From: Massalongia carnosa
Lineage: Eukaryota
Direction: 5' to 3'
NCBI GenBank assembly: GCA_965645245.1
Contig: OZ287067.1
Location: 496,001-560,000 of the forward strand
DNA: 64,000 bases
Part shown: positions 1 to 14,046 of the stretch, piece after piece
How the letters are laid out: each line of letters opens with the position of its first letter
Position numbering within the stretch: position 1 is the first letter of the stretch
Position numbers and translations under genes: made by a program
Notes under the pieces: model-generated
What the model was told of the DNA's origin: nothing
Database searches by the model: none
The model's input: the letters and a program-made list of their open reading frames with translations, nothing else

Positions 1-770
1 CAATGACGCCAGAAAATGCCAACATTCTGATGTCTGGATCTGCCCATGGGGACGGCTCAGGAGTAAGGCCTGAAGCAAAAGCGCAACACCTGGCTTGTTT
101 TACGGGCGGCATGGTTGGCATTGGGGCGAAGATTTTTGAACGCCCCGATGATATGGCTATTGCGCGAAAGCTTGTCGATGGCTGCATTTGGGCCTATAAC
201 GCTACACAAACTGGGATCATGCCAGAACTATTTCGTCTTGTTCCTTGTCAAGACCCCGACAAATGTGAATGGGATGAGCTTAAATGGTATGGCGCTATTG
301 TCAACAACGAGGGTGGTAACCTTACCACAGAGGACGTAACGCTTGCAAAGAAGCTCATCAAAGATTATCGGCTTCCCCAAGGGTTTTATGATATTTTGAA
401 TCGGCAGTACATACTTCGACCGGAGGCGATTGAATCCGTCTTCATCTTGTATCGCCTGACTGGGGATCCAGCGCTGCCGGAAGCCGCTTGGCGGATGTTC
501 ACTGCCATAGAGAAGCACACGAGGACTGAGATTGCAAGCGCAGCGATCAAGGATGTGACGCTTGAGGATCCGCCTAAAGATAATCGCATGGAGAGCTTCT
601 GGTTGGCGGAGACACTGAAGTATTTCGCTTTGATTTTCAGCGAACCTAACGTTGTGAGTCTGGATGAATATGTATTGTAAGTAACCTTCAATTCCGTTGC
701 ATTCATGAAGTAATTCGCTAACCCCTGGAGCAGAAACACGGAAGCTCATCCATTCAAGCGTCCGGTCTAA
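1..770 (+). CDS. Glycoside hydrolase family 47 alpha-1,2-mannosidase, 3' part (5' end lies outside the window)
   Basis: Motifs QHLACFTGG, YILRPEAIES and MESFWLAETLKY. Intron 677-733 (GTAAGT..GCTAAC..CAG) restores the canonical C-terminus LNTEAHPFKRPV, stop 768-770. Confidence 0.93.
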
Positions 771-2238
771 GTCTCGAGTCATGATAAGCTTGATTACTAG
801 GGGTGTTATGTTGTTTCAAGACAATAACTATCTTGTCCAAGAACTCCCTATCCCGCCATGGGGTTGAATATCGAAATCGTCAATTGAAGCCATTAAAACA
901 GTCAACAATGTTCCCTAACTTTAGGCTGCTTTGCCGCAAGGTCTTCAACCCTCAAGTGACTGGTTTTCTTAAGCTATCCGATCGCCAGATGTGACGAAAA
1001 CGAGAATGCCTAAGCGATTACCGTCAGCATGAACAGCAAGCTCATGTCTGCCACTAGATAATGGTTCGGCAGCTAGGAATACGGCTTTTGATAACGAGAA
1101 CCTACACTACCGATCCTAGGCGTAAAGGAACGAGAGCCAAACCCAGTAGCTTGGAGCATCAGCACAAACGCGAGCATTGGTACATTGACGTCTACTCAAC
1201 ATACCTTGCTCCGTAAGGACAGATAGAGGTTATCACTTGAGCTTTTGCCCATGCAATCTCAATACAATCTCCCTTTATAGTTTCCAAACCCCACCACCAC
1301 TTCCACGATAAGCCTTGCACTACTCCTAGGGCCCCTATCGAATAAACGGTACCTCGAGATTGGACGAGCCATCGATCACCACCATCTTCGGAGGACGGGA
1401 ATCCAATATGAATGACGCAGAGGGGAATGCTTCCGGAGGGAGAGACGTTTATCTATCACTCTATCTGTCGTCTATCCTATCTCTCCATCTAACTACCAAT
1501 GCTATCCTGTTCTTGTCTCATCTCCTTTAGTTCTCGACCGACACCTTGATAAATATTTACTTACATACATACATACACACGCACGCAAGGCTATTTCAAG
1601 GGAGGGGGGGGGGGGGGGGTTTCTAAAAGGACAATACCAGCATACCTTCTGAATCTTTGTACATACACTTTCTCTAGATTCCTGTCTCTATATCTATGTA
1701 TACATACGTATGTCATGTGTATACATATATATATATATATATATACTGCAAACAATCTTCAATCATTAATTCCCCATCCCTCAATTTCTCCCTACTCCTT
1801 TACCTATCCTCCTCCCGTTTTCCACTTCCTACACTCGCTCACTTGCGCCTCTCTCCGTACCTTACTATTTATTCCTATTCCCCAATTTCCATCATCTATA
1901 AACCTCGATGCTCCCCCCCCCCCCCGCGCCTCCATCCTTCCCATCCTATCTATCCGAAACGGACGACAGGAAGAGCAAAAATGAAATGGATGAATGACTG
2001 AACGACCGAAAAGAGAAAAGAGAGGAGAGAGAGAGGGAGAAAGCATTGTCGTATCCTATCTTGATTGACGTTTACAGGTAAGAGATGGATAGGTATGTAT
2101 CAGTACTACTCGTCGTTACTCGATTGATGCATTCGTTCCCCCCGCCTCGAAGGCTCTTCGCTGTTCATCTCTGCATTCAAATCCAATGAATTCCCTCCCC
2201 CGCAGGCCCTTCAACCATACCCCCCCCCTTCTCTAACC

Positions 2239-3453
2239 TCAGCTCCGTACAGTCTCATCGCCCTCGCTATCGCTCAAACTATCCCTCATGCCCCTCCCGC
2301 CCCCTCTCCGAAACCCCGCCACCTCCCTGCCCCTAAACCTTCCATTCCCTATGTCCCCCGACCGAGCGCTCAACCCAGGAATGGGATGAAAATACGCCTT
2401 CGTCCCGCGACTGTGATCTGTCTCCGCGGCCTCGCTGGGCGCGTACCGGGTGTCGAAGTCGAGGGGCTCGGTGTAGGTGTTGGCATAGCTCGCGGAGCTG
2501 ATGGTGGCGGAATGCTGCGAGGGAACGCGCGATTGGCGGCGTGAGGATGTATGTTTCCGGGGAGAGGACTGGCCGGAGCGGGTTGGCGTTGTGGAGGCTG
2601 AGGTTGATTCAGGGCGTAGGGGGCGGTGGGAGGACGTCGAATCGGGAGTTTCAATCGTGGTGGCGTCCCTGAAAGGTTTTTTGACGGGGGTGCGGAACGG
2701 GTTGGATTTTTTAGGCTTTTTCTTTGGCGTGAGAGGAATACTGGCTACGGTGGGTTGCGAGAATTCCGAAGGTTCGGTGGGGGAGAAGACAGAATCCTGG
2801 TGATAGCTACCGTCCGCTTCTCTATTCAGGCCGCCAACGCGAGCGGGTTTCTCGTGGCGGTAGGCACGCACGTCATTATCAGCGTTATTCTTACTACCCC
2901 GCGGCGCGCGAGCTTTGTGTGCATGTAACTTCTTGATGAACACAGCGTCATCCTCCTCCTCCTGGGCCATATCAGCTACAACGCTGCCACCGCCCAGCTC
3001 AGTGGATTTGGTGGCATTGCTAAGGGTTTTCCCATCAGGGCCCTTGCGGCGGAGCACGGTGGATTTGTAATCTTCCCAGTCGCCCTCACGGAAATGAAAG
3101 CCGCCATTTTTGGCCCAGAAAAAGAACCAGATGCTCGCAAGGACGAGGCCTGCGGCTATCAGGGCAAACAGTGCGAAGATACCGCGGTTGTTGATATCGT
3201 GCGGGTCAAAGGTACCGCTACCTGGAGGATCAGGGCTAACTGGGGGTGCGGGATCGCGGGTTCGAAGGTAGGCGTTTTCTTGGAGCGGGGAGAGGGAAGA
3301 TGCTCGTTTCGACGTGTTGGGGTTGGTAAGGGAGGTTGAGCGCTTGAAGGTTGCGAGAGGATAGAGATTGGAGGGAAAGCGGCGGTCAAGTTCGAGGGAG
3401 GAGCTGAAGACATCGAAGACGAGAGGAGATTCAGCGACAGGAAGTGGAGCCAT
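2239..3453 (-). CDS. Conserved fungal single-pass membrane protein of unknown function
   Basis: ORF of about 404 aa from ATG 3453. TM segment GIFALFALIAAGLVLASIWFFFW is followed by KNGGFHFREGDWEDYKSTVLRRKGPDG and a long Ser/Pro-rich tail. Confidence 0.8.
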   Translation of the reverse strand: MAPLPVAESPLVFDVFSSSLELDRRFPSNLYPLATFKRSTSLTNPNTSKRASSLSPLQENAYLRTRDPAPPVSPDPPGSGTFDPHDINNRGIFALFALIAAGLVLASIWFFFWAKNGGFHFREGDWEDYKSTVLRRKGPDGKTLSNATKSTELGGGSVVADMAQEEEDDAVFIKKLHAHKARAPRGSKNNADNDVRAYRHEKPARVGGLNREADGSYHQDSVFSPTEPSEFSQPTVASIPLTPKKKPKKSNPFRTPVKKPFRDATTIETPDSTSSHRPLRPESTSASTTPTRSGQSSPRKHTSSRRQSRVPSQHSATISSASYANTYTEPLDFDTRYAPSEAAETDHSRGTKAYFHPIPGLSARSGDIGNGRFRGREVAGFRRGGGRGMRDSLSDSEGDETVRS

Positions 3454-6400
3454 CAACTGCTGTCCTCGAGCCGAAGCTCCGCAGTTACTTAAGGTTGAGT
3501 ACTCTGTAGCTCCAAACCGATTCCCGTATATGATGAAAGAAAAAGATAGAAAAAGGTTGGAGTCGATGCAAACCTCAGCTATGTTGTGCTTATTTGGATT
3601 TGAATAAGAGAAGAATTACCCTACTTGGATTGATCGTACGGCCATAATGATTAGAAGGTATTTGCATCAATTGTCGATGGGGATGCCAACTGTTGTTTAC
3701 TTTCGCTTAGTTCCGTTACCCGAAGCAACATGTGATACAGAGTAGTGCTAAACCACTTACGTATTATGAGAAAGACTTCTTCTCAGAGACCTTCCAGGTC
3801 GCTTTTACCCCTAAATTTCTTCCTCCAGAAATTCCCCTTCACTTTGTCGTTCCCTTTCAAAAAATTACCCCCCTGTTTTTATTCAAAACCCTGAGACTTT
3901 GCGCGTTTCTCTATGGTCTCTTTTACATTGGCGACCCTATAATGGCTGAAGAACCGTTTCGTGCTATTTTCAATATCTCGAGAACTCGTTCCTGATCTCA
4001 CGGTCAACGTGATCATTCAAAGCATGTTCCGTAAGGAGGGGCAGAGTTATCGGGACCATTCCATTTTCCAAGGCGGGAGCGGGTAAAGTGATGTCTGTAA
4101 ATTAAATCGAGAAGCCGAGTTCTATCAGGGTGCCGGAAAGAGTATATCCGTGCCCCACACTTTCCTTATTTCGCGCGCATCCCCATATCCTTTCCTTCAG
4201 GCTCAATCCCTTGCACGCACCCAACCAACCCGCTCCCCCCAGGCAAGTAAGCCCGCCTACCTGCTCAAGTCCTCCAACTCAGCCAGCTAGTCAGACTGGT
4301 ATTTAAAAAAGAGAAGAAGAGAGGGTAGAAGGGTGTTAGTTTCAGGGAGGAGAAGGATGGAGAAAAAGATTTTTCTATAAGACAGATTTCCCCTTCTCTT
4401 TAGATCAATCTCAAGACTTCGGCGGATGGCATGCATGCATGAGTTCTTTTATATATCACCCGCTGTTGGAGGAAGAAGAAGCATAATAAAAAGCACGAAT
4501 ATATACACACAAAAGCAGCAAGGGCGATCTAAACGAAATCACCCTCGTCAGGAATTTTTACCGTATCCTAAACGTTTAGGTAGAAGTACGCATATACAGA
4601 TGACGCTTTACGTATGAGTGGGGTGGGGAATTAGTAGGTTCGAGAGGAGAAGCAGAAGCAAGAATGGGGACGGTGATAGGGATGGGGATCGTTTGGTTGG
4701 GGCCTATGCAAGCTAGAAGCATATTCGCCCTCTCCTCTTATCCAGCTTGTGATAGAAGATCCGACTTAAGCATTGAGCCTTGTCCTACAAGATTTATACA
4801 TTCATCGGTCTTCACCAACTGAGGTTTCTGCACACTGGCCGAAAGCTCTTAAGAACATTTCGCTTTGTTCGATCATATGGCAAAGACCAAACGACCCTGA
4901 TTTCAGCCATTCATCAAGACTGATCCTTGACAGAAAGACATCCTCATCCTGTACCTACTCTTAAATTCAAACTTTCACGCAGGCGGGATTTTGCGTAAAA
5001 CAAGACTCCCTGAACCATAAGATCCCGGCATCCGTTCTCATCGAATACATCTTAACTTTAACCTTTATCCCAATCCCAACAACAACCCCAACTGCCCCAT
5101 CATAACAACATAACATAACGACGAACGAACCAGAAATAAAGCAATACAAACCGCCGGAAACCCAAAACTTTGGATTTTTTCGTCGGGCTAGTGTATAAAA
5201 AAAACAGAGCACTTCTGGACGACTCGAGTAGGAAACTGATTATTAAGCTGCTTACTCACTATCGAACTTCTATCTTTCTTATCTTATTGTTCATCTTCTA
5301 ATTCATCTACTTGTTAACCCATCTCTCATTCATGAAGCTGCTTTCTTATCTTCTTCATTCATTACCTTCCCAGCTTCTCAAAAGAAAGCTATCATTTTCT
5401 TCCTTTTTTCACTCGTCTGCTCATTCGCTCATATCTTTCATTTATGGACCCGCAAATCCCACTTCATCTCATCTCTCCAGTCTATTAGGGAGAAACCCAT
5501 CTTTTTACTCCTTTCCTCTCTTGCAACCTTGTAAAAACTCAAGTCGTAGGATCAAGCAAACAGTTAACGACAGAAAGAAACGAAATTGGCTGATTAAATT
5601 TCTCTTAACCAGCATTGGTTAATCAAACTAGGTTGTGTTTTGATAACGGGTATGGAGACAACTTGCCCCCATCTATGTCATGGCATAGTAAGGTAGGCAT
5701 CTAATAATGATATATACGACGGAAACGGAAGTGGAAAATACACTGAGCATTTGGGGTGAGGCGTTAGGGCGAATCCAAAGTTTTGCTTTTGGCCGCCCGT
5801 TGAACTCAGGCTTTTAGACGCGAGTTCGAGGTAACCAGAAGAAAGGGTCAAAATGTGCAAAAGCAACTAACTCCTTGCTCCTAACTGAATTCCTAATGGG
5901 ATCGGGAAATGAAATAGCTTGACTAGGGGTGGACCGACGGCCTATCTCGACCCAGAAAATCGCTGCAGGGAATAGCGGTCTCGTGAAATGTAGGAGGCGA
6001 CTGAAAAGTAACGATGCGGAAGCAACTGGCCAATCGACGCAGCGGACGGTCGTGTACGATGTGTCCAGACACTGCGTGGTGTAGGTTTAGAGTAATACAA
6101 AACATAACAGCGAAACAGCCAAGGTCAGCGGTTGCCAAATCCTGTAGGATACTCACCACCTTCTGGTGGATCATGATAATGAGGCTTCTCTAAGAACATA
6201 AAAGGAAACATACTTTAACCGTAGCCAACACATATCAAACTGTCGTAGACACATTATTGACACCAGTAAAGCATAATTGAAAAAGTTTAGCTCATCGGCT
6301 TAACAGTAACTTTGCCTCTATTCAGGACCAGCGGGAAGTGCTCGCTATCCGCTAGCACAACACATGCACCTCGTCATATTCATCCGACAGACGATGAAGA

Positions 6401-7412
6401 ACGTTCTTGAACCATACAGTAAGGAGCATTGCACTTTTGATACTTAGTCTGCCACTGGAGTTGGGTCAAGTGCATTGGAGAAACGTCACGAGTTCAGGAA
6501 CGGACTCTGAAATCGGCGATACACGAAAGTGCGAGGAGAGACCTTACAGCATGGGCGACATGTGGGCCGCAAACCGTCCATGTGCAGATCACAAGGTTTC
6601 GTCCGACCTTGGATGCAAGGGGTAAAGCAAAAAAGGTGAGAAGTGAGAAGCGAAGTAACTAAAGTGCATCACATGTTAAACCAATACGCCTGAAATCTTC
6701 GGTACTGTGTAATCAAACGATACCGGAACGTCGATCACGATTATGACCAAGTATTTCGTCATCAATTATTTCATCATTCTGCTTAGAAGAGCGAGCATTC
6801 GAGCATTCGAGCATTCATTCCTCTTTCTTCACGGTCATAGCTTCGTAAGCAACCAGGGGTCCGGCCTTTGGGTTTGATTTATAATAATACGTCAGTGAAA
6901 TTGAATATGTGAGTACAGAATACTGATGACAAGCACTAGCACGTAAGATGGTAAAGAGGTAGTAGGTAAATGGAGTTCTCCGTGTTTTATAGGGAATATT
7001 TGGCGATAACCAGCACCCATGAGCCTCATGTTATTGACTCGTGACCGCAATTGGGTCATCGACTGGCTGAGCTGATAGATTGTCTCCCATTTGCCGTAAA
7101 CAAGGTCAACATAGTTACTTAAGCTTTACGGGAGCTTTCCCACATTGGCTGAAGAGGAGTATCAGAGGCGAAATCAACCAAACTCAACAAGCCCCACGTT
7201 TCGTCTCTGTAACTTCATTCCCTCAAATGCACTCTATGCAGGACCCAATGGTCTTCTGTTTCACGCGGGAGCATCAACTGCAGTAATACGAAGTTTACCA
7301 ATATACCTCAGCGATTTGTATATTAACTCAACTCTCGTTCCAATCTGCCGACATCTCAACTCAGCCTTTCCGTCTTACCACCCACCCCATTATCTCAAGA
7401 TTCACTCTGATC

Positions 7413-9422
7413 ATGTCCCATCCCAGACGAGACAGCCATACCTGCCTGGTAGAATCTGAAACTTGCCATCCACGCGATCGAATACCTAGAGAGCCCACCA
7501 ATATTCCAAAATTATCCCTGACTCCTCGCCTCGATATCGACCAAACGAATAACGAGGCATCGACCTCCTTTGAGTATGCGTCCTCCTCCGACATTTCCGC
7601 CCCAAACACACCTGCAACAGACCCTCAGGTCGATGAATCCTCGGATATCTTCAATGAGGATAAAATACTCGATGATTCTCCAACAATAACGCCAACAAGG
7701 CGGGCATCGACGGTGCTGATTTCGCAAAGCCCTGATGATGTACGAAGAATGCTGCTGGGGTCGGAGGAGGTCGAAACAAAGTTAATTGAGAAGGTCTGTT
7801 GCGGCGGTGGCTGCTGTTTATTGAACGCTCTCGTCGAAGACCCGTTAAAGGATCCCTCTCGTCTGGTTACGCTACCCGAAAACGCTGCTTTCAGAAGTCT
7901 CGGTTTACAGCTCGGCCCTCTCAATCTTGACAGTGAGCTGACCAAAGTTGCGGAGCTTCCTCCGGAGCATGTAGCCTTTAAGCCTCTGCCGAAGGATACG
8001 GTTCCCGATAGGTCCGCTGTCTATCAACATCCTCCAAAATTTGTCACTCCACACCATCCGTATGAAGTCTACTCGGCCAAGGTTCATCATGCAAGGCAAT
8101 TAACAAATCCAGGTGCGGAGAAGCGCACGTATCATTTTGACTTGGATGTTACAGACTATCCGGGAGAGAGCGGGGACGTTGATTTTGTGGTGGGCGGTGC
8201 AATCGGCGTCTGCGCCCCAAACCCAGACGCTTTGGTCGACAACATCCTCGATTTGCTCTACGTCCCCAACTTCGTCCGAGACAAGCAGGTGATTCTGGAG
8301 ACCAAAGCCGGACGTTGGCCGACAGTTTGGGGGGATGATATGTCACGGGAACTGATCACCACTCGCAGGGAGCTGTTAACCTGGTGCTCAGACGTGCAAA
8401 GTTACCCTCCAACCAAGGCACTTCTACGCTTGCTTGCCGAGTATACCGAAGCTCCCAACGAGAAGAAGATACTGCTGTACCTTGTTTCAGCACAGGGCCA
8501 GGCGGCGTTTTGCGACCTTCGTACCGGCCCTCATATTACCATCACCCAGCTGCTCAATGCATTTCCCTCTTCGCATCCTCCCTTGTCTCACCTACTTTCG
8601 GTCCTTAACACCTTGATGCCACGCTTTTACTCCCTTTCTCAAGACCCTCAGATTTCCCGCACGCGGGAAGGCCTGAAGGATCGTCGCTTGATCGAAATCG
8701 CCGTCACGGTCCATGAAACTCCCAACTGGCGCGACGGACCCCGAACGGGCGTCGGCTCGGGCTTCCTGGAACGCGTGGCACAAAAGGTCCTCGAGGCCGA
8801 GAAAAACGGCACCAACGTTCATGATCTCGACCTTCGAGTCCCCATGTTTCGTGGTCTTATGTCTAATCCTCTCGCACGCGAGTTTGTCACCGATGGACCT
8901 ATGCTCCTCATCGGTGCCGGAGTTGGCGTTGCTCCCTTTCGAGGGTTCGTTCAGCGCCGGCTTAAATCCGCGAATTGCATCAACAAGGTCTGGGTCTTGC
9001 AGGGGGTGCGGGATTCGCTGCTTGACGAGCTATATAGCGGGGAGTGGGGTGTGGAGGAGGAGAAGGTGAAGAAAGTGGTGCAGAGTCGGCGGGGAGAAGG
9101 GAAGTATGTGCAGGAGGAGGTGAGGCACCAGGCGGATTTGGTATGGTATATTATTAACTCCTTGGATGGGAGGATTTTTGTGTGCGGAAGTAGCAAAGGT
9201 ATGGGAGAGAGCGTGGAGAAAGCGTTGGTAGACGTTGCAGTTGATAAGGGTGGGTTGAACCTTGAGGAAGCTGAAGGATTCTGGCAAAGGAAGAAGCAGG
9301 CGGGACAGTATATCGCTGTAAGTTTTTCGGCTTCTTTTGGGGCAACTCCTTTCCTTCACGGCTTTTCAAGGATTGGATGATGATGAACAGCCGCTTACCA
9401 TTTTTTATAGGAGACGTGGTAA
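7413..9422 (+). CDS. FAD/NADPH-binding FNR-type oxidoreductase (methionine synthase reductase/cytochrome P450 reductase-like, without a flavodoxin domain)
   Basis: Motifs PRFYSLS, GVGSGFL, LLIGAGVGVAPFRGF, KYVQE and IFVCGS. Intron 9318-9410 gives the typical terminal YIAETW*. Confidence 0.88.
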
Positions 9423-10210
9423 GATTAGGGTCACTGATGAATTTCACGAAATCAATAACGATGGAACGACGGCGCTTCTGTGCTAATCTTCTAACAATGG
9501 AGCGGAAGTTGGATGGGCGTATATGAAGATTTTTCGCATGCTCCTTATAATTCCTTCTGAATACGGTTGGGCAAGCGGACTGCCTGATAGTCGGAAGGGA
9601 AAAGCCAACAGCATTTCCCTTTCGCGATCCGGGATTGGGTCTCATTCGCTCCATGCACGGGTGGCTTCGCTTTACGAATTTGGGTCATGTGCTTGATAAT
9701 ATTTAAAATCCGAAACCCCGGAAAAGCGAGGGAAACAACGGGAGCGGAGCCATTTGAGGAGGTCTGCCCTGTTAACGACTGATAGATAGAGATCTGAGAT
9801 AAAAAGACTATGGTGAATGAGAGCTGTCTGGCTGGCTCAGGAACCCGGGCGAGGGAAAACCACTTGCTCGGCATAATAGACTTGGAAGATTATGTATATG
9901 GAACTGTACAGAATCGATGAAGAAATGGCATTGGGGAACACGTTTACGATGCAAAAGCAGCCGGGGATAGAAATCCTACTAACCAGTTGTTTTTTTGGGA
10001 CGAGAACCCCATCAACACGGAACACATGGGACTCGATTCTTCTAAATAGATGTTATATAGAGTAAGTAATTGTACCTCGTAGAAACCACAAGCTGTACGA
10101 AACACAGCTAATTAATATCCCCACTCCCAGCGTATGTAGATTTACCAACCTCCCGGGGCCCCTTCCCAACGGAGAAATCTTCATTCATTTTGTCTAGGTA
10201 TTCGTGATTC

Positions 10211-12526
10211 ATGCTCCGCCGCCTCCCCCCCACCACCCTCTTCCGCACCCTTCCCCGCAACCGCCATTTCCAACCCCGTACACTTCTCCTTCTCTTCCAT
10301 ACCATTCCACCCTTTGCTAATTCGCCCATCATGGCTGAACGCATTTCTCCCCCCACCTCTCATTCTCCCAATCCTCATCCTCCTCCGCCTTCGGCCACGG
10401 ATGCATCTCCCCAACCCCCCCCCCCACCCACCACCACAGCTCCTGCTACCGCTATTAACCCCTCCACTAGCACAAACGCAGACACAGACATAAATCCCAC
10501 AACTCCAACCGACCTCCCCAACCCGATCGACTTCTACCGCGCCGAAATCGCCCACCTGCTCGCGCCCCTCACGGGGAAATCGCCGTCGGAAATCGGCCCG
10601 CGCCTTGCATGGACGCAAACTTTCGACAAAGGCGACCTCGGCCTCGCGGTGCCCTCGCTGCGGGTCTCGGACAACGGCAACAAGAAGCCTGCGGAGCTGG
10701 CGAGCGAGTGGGCGACGCGCTTCCCGGAGTCGGCGTGGGTAGAGCGGCCTGTCGTCAACGGCACGTTCTTGCAGTTTTTCTTCAAGCCGGGCCCGTTGAC
10801 GGCGATGGTGGTGCCGGCCATATTGGCGAGGAGGGCGGCGTACGGGACGAATCCTGCGTGGGGATTGAGGGACTCGGGGGACGCGGGGGACGCGGGAAAG
10901 GGGAAGGGGAAGGGGAAGGGGAGGAAGAGGATAGTTGTGGAGTTCTCGTCGCCGAATATTGCGAAGCCGTTCCACGCCGGGCATTTGCGGAGTACCATCA
11001 TTGGGGGGTTTTTGGCCAATCTCTACGAGGCGGCCGGGTGGGAGGTGGTGCGGGTGAATTACTTGGGGGATTGGGGGAGGCAGTTCGGCTTGTTGGCCAA
11101 TGCCTTCGAGATGTACGGGGACGAGGGCAAGTTGGAGAAAGACCCGATCGGGCATTTGTATGATATTTACGTGGAGATCAACAAGGTGTCGAAAGCGGAG
11201 GAGGATGAAATCAAGGCAAAGCGGGAAGAGCTGCTGCAGTTGGAGACCAACGGCACGGATACGGCGAAGCTCAAGGAGGAGATTGCAGCCCTGGAGGCGA
11301 AGAGCACCAACGAGAAGGCTCGGCAATACTTTAAGAAACTGGAAGACGGCGACCAGAACGCTCGCGCTACGTGGGCTCGCTTTCGAGACCTTTCTATTGC
11401 GAAATACGCAAAAACCTACGCCCGGCTGAATATCCATTACGACCACTACCTGGGAGAATCGCAGGTGGAGATGTGGAGGATGGAGCGTGCGATGAAAGAA
11501 CTGAGGGACAGCGGGCTTTCGGAAGACTCAAAGGGAGCGGTGATTGTCGACCTGACCAAACATAAAGACCCCAAGGTCAAGAAGCTGGGCAAAGCATTGG
11601 TGAGGAAAACCGACGGATCCACGTTGTACTTGACTCGTGACCTGGCGGAAGCGGTCAAGCGGAACGAAGTCTTTCAGCCCGACAAGGTGTTGTATGTCAT
11701 TGCTTCCCAGCAGGATCTATACATGTCGCAGTTCTTCAAGATCCTCGAGCTCATGGGCCACGGGGAGATTGTGAAGAAATACCAGCACGTCAACTTTGGA
11801 ATGGTCTTGGGGATGAGCACGCGCAAAGGCACGGCCAAGTTCCTGGATGACATTCTTCGAGATGTGGGGGAAAAGATGCATGAGGTGATGCAGAAGAATC
11901 AGTCCAAGTACGAGCAAGTCGAGAATCCCGAGCAAACTGCCGATACCCTTGGCATTACCGCCGTGATGGTGCAGGATATGACCGGGAAACGGTAAGCTTT
12001 TCTTAACTGCATGAGCGGTAGGATTGCTAATATATCTCCTTAGGATCAACAACTATGAGTTTTCCCTAGAACGAATGACTTCGTTCGAGGGCGACACGGG
12101 CCCCTATCTCCAATACGCCCATGCTCGTCTCTGCTCCATTAGCCGGAAGGCAGGATTGTCGCCGGAAGATCTGGAGTCCGCCGACCTTACCCTACTCACC
12201 GAATCTCATGCTGTGAATCTCGTCCGTGCGCTCTCCTCGTGGCCAGATGTGGTCCAGAATACGCTGAAGACCTTGGAACCCGTCACCGTGCTTGCCTACC
12301 TATTCAAAATGACTCACATGCTAAGCTCGAGCTATGATGTGCTCAAGGTCGTTGGCAGCGAGCATGAAGTGAAAAAGGCGCGGATGGCTTTGTACGAGGC
12401 GGCAAGGCAGGTACTGAATAATGGGATGAAGTTGCTCGGTCTGAATCCTGTCGAAAGGTTAGTACCCCCAGTATTGCGTCTTCCTTGTCAGGCTTAGCAT
12501 TAGTATTGACGCTGTCCAGAATGTGA
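10211..12526 (+). CDS. RRS1: Arginyl-tRNA synthetase
   Basis: VVEFSSPNIAKPFHAGHLRST (HIGH motif), NYLGDWG, MSTRKG and GDTGPYLQYAHARL. Introns 11992-12043 and 12458-12519; ends VERM*. A second in-frame ATG lies at 10331. Confidence 0.97.
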
Positions 12527-13975
12527 TACAATCGGAAGACATTATACCAAAAAGCGAGCGTGGGAGATTTATCGACGCCTTCATCTGCTGCGCTCCTGAG
12601 CATCGGGGCATAGGTTTAAGGAGAAATCCCGGGGAGGAGTGATGAGCGACAAGAGGATTCAGTATCTATTGAATGCCACTCGATGCCGATGCTGTCAAAT
12701 GCTTGGGACGGTTTGAAGAGAGGACGGTTTCATGTGCAGGTGGACGCGTTAGATCTGTTGATCCGAGAATCACTGGCTTAGAAAGTAACCAGCGCACCAC
12801 CACAGACACGGAAATGTCGGTCAAGTTCCACGGACCGTGGTGGAACTGTAGAAGGGATGTAACGAATCGTGTTAGCTCGCTCTCGAGACGACCAATGCCA
12901 TAGAAACCTAGCTAATCAAGTTGAACGAGGTGTTCATGACGTTAGTCGTATCCTTGATGTCCGGTTCATCCAGGAGCGGGGGGCAAATGCCGCTGCTGCT
13001 GATGTACCGGCGAGCCGATGCTCGTCATCCCCTTCCGTGAATCCATCGAGTCTTCAGTCCCATTTTTTGTGCATCACGGTCGGTCCAGTGTCAGTGGGAG
13101 TTCTTTCTGTGTCGGCTTCCTCTCAATCTGGCCAAAAAGGTTGAGCCGACAGAATCCACGCCGTAGCAGATGCATCGTGAGTATCCTCAAACTTTTCCCC
13201 ATACGAATGGCGGCGGGATTGATAGGCTACGATGATCTTATTGCGATTGGCCGTGCTGGTCTTCCCCGGTCATCTGATGGGGAAATTGACGTGGTTGACG
13301 GATAACATTGGATGAAGGTGTGGAAGTCCAATGGGGGCCGTGCGATGCTTGCGAATGCGTCAAATTGACGAATAGACGACGTCGTTTATTCAAGGCTTTC
13401 AAGTTTCATGGGCCACGCCTGCCGAACGGCGACGATGCACTGGATGCCGGGATGGGCATCAGGCATGAAAGGGACTGGACTACTGCCCGATGTGCGTCAT
13501 CATCCTGGCAAGCGGAACTGTGCGATTCAGCGATACATCTCTCGGTTGTTGACGAATCTCTCGAACCCTTAGTTAGGCAGCCACTGCGCATTGGGCGACC
13601 AATTGCTCCTATCGGGCTAGGATCAGGCACAAAGTACGCAGCACACCAGCGTCCAGTTCTACAGTTGTTTTATTTAATTATTTTTTTTTACTTTCGCTTG
13701 CAACTTGGCTCAGTCTTGTTTCACTTAGATCCCGCAGCATTGGCTGCCAACTTTCGCCGCCTGCGCCCAATGCCTTGAGGGGACGGGGTTGGCGCTTTCC
13801 CCATATTCGTCCTTCCAGTCCCCGTATGCTCTATGCTAAGCCTTCCGGATATGATGCACAGGTGGTCACCCGGCCAGTGGTGGACGACGACGAGCCATGC
13901 AGAAATTTGAGGACGACCGACGACGGCCAGCGCAGGATGAGTACAACATGCACTTTGGACGAGTTTTTGTTTTGA

Positions 13976-14046
13976 ATCTTCGTCTCGTCTGGTCTGGTCT
14001 GATCTTGTCTCGTCTTGTCTTGTCTTGTCTCGTCGCGGTCTCTGGT
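13976..14046. repeat. Degenerate pentanucleotide microsatellite (TCTCG/TCTGG/TCTTG)n
   Basis: Run of tcgtc/tctgg/tcttg units read directly from the sequence. Confidence 0.8.

Noticed and set aside
10181..11446. 421-aa minus-strand ORF
   Set aside because: Antisense shadow of the GC-rich ArgRS coding sequence.
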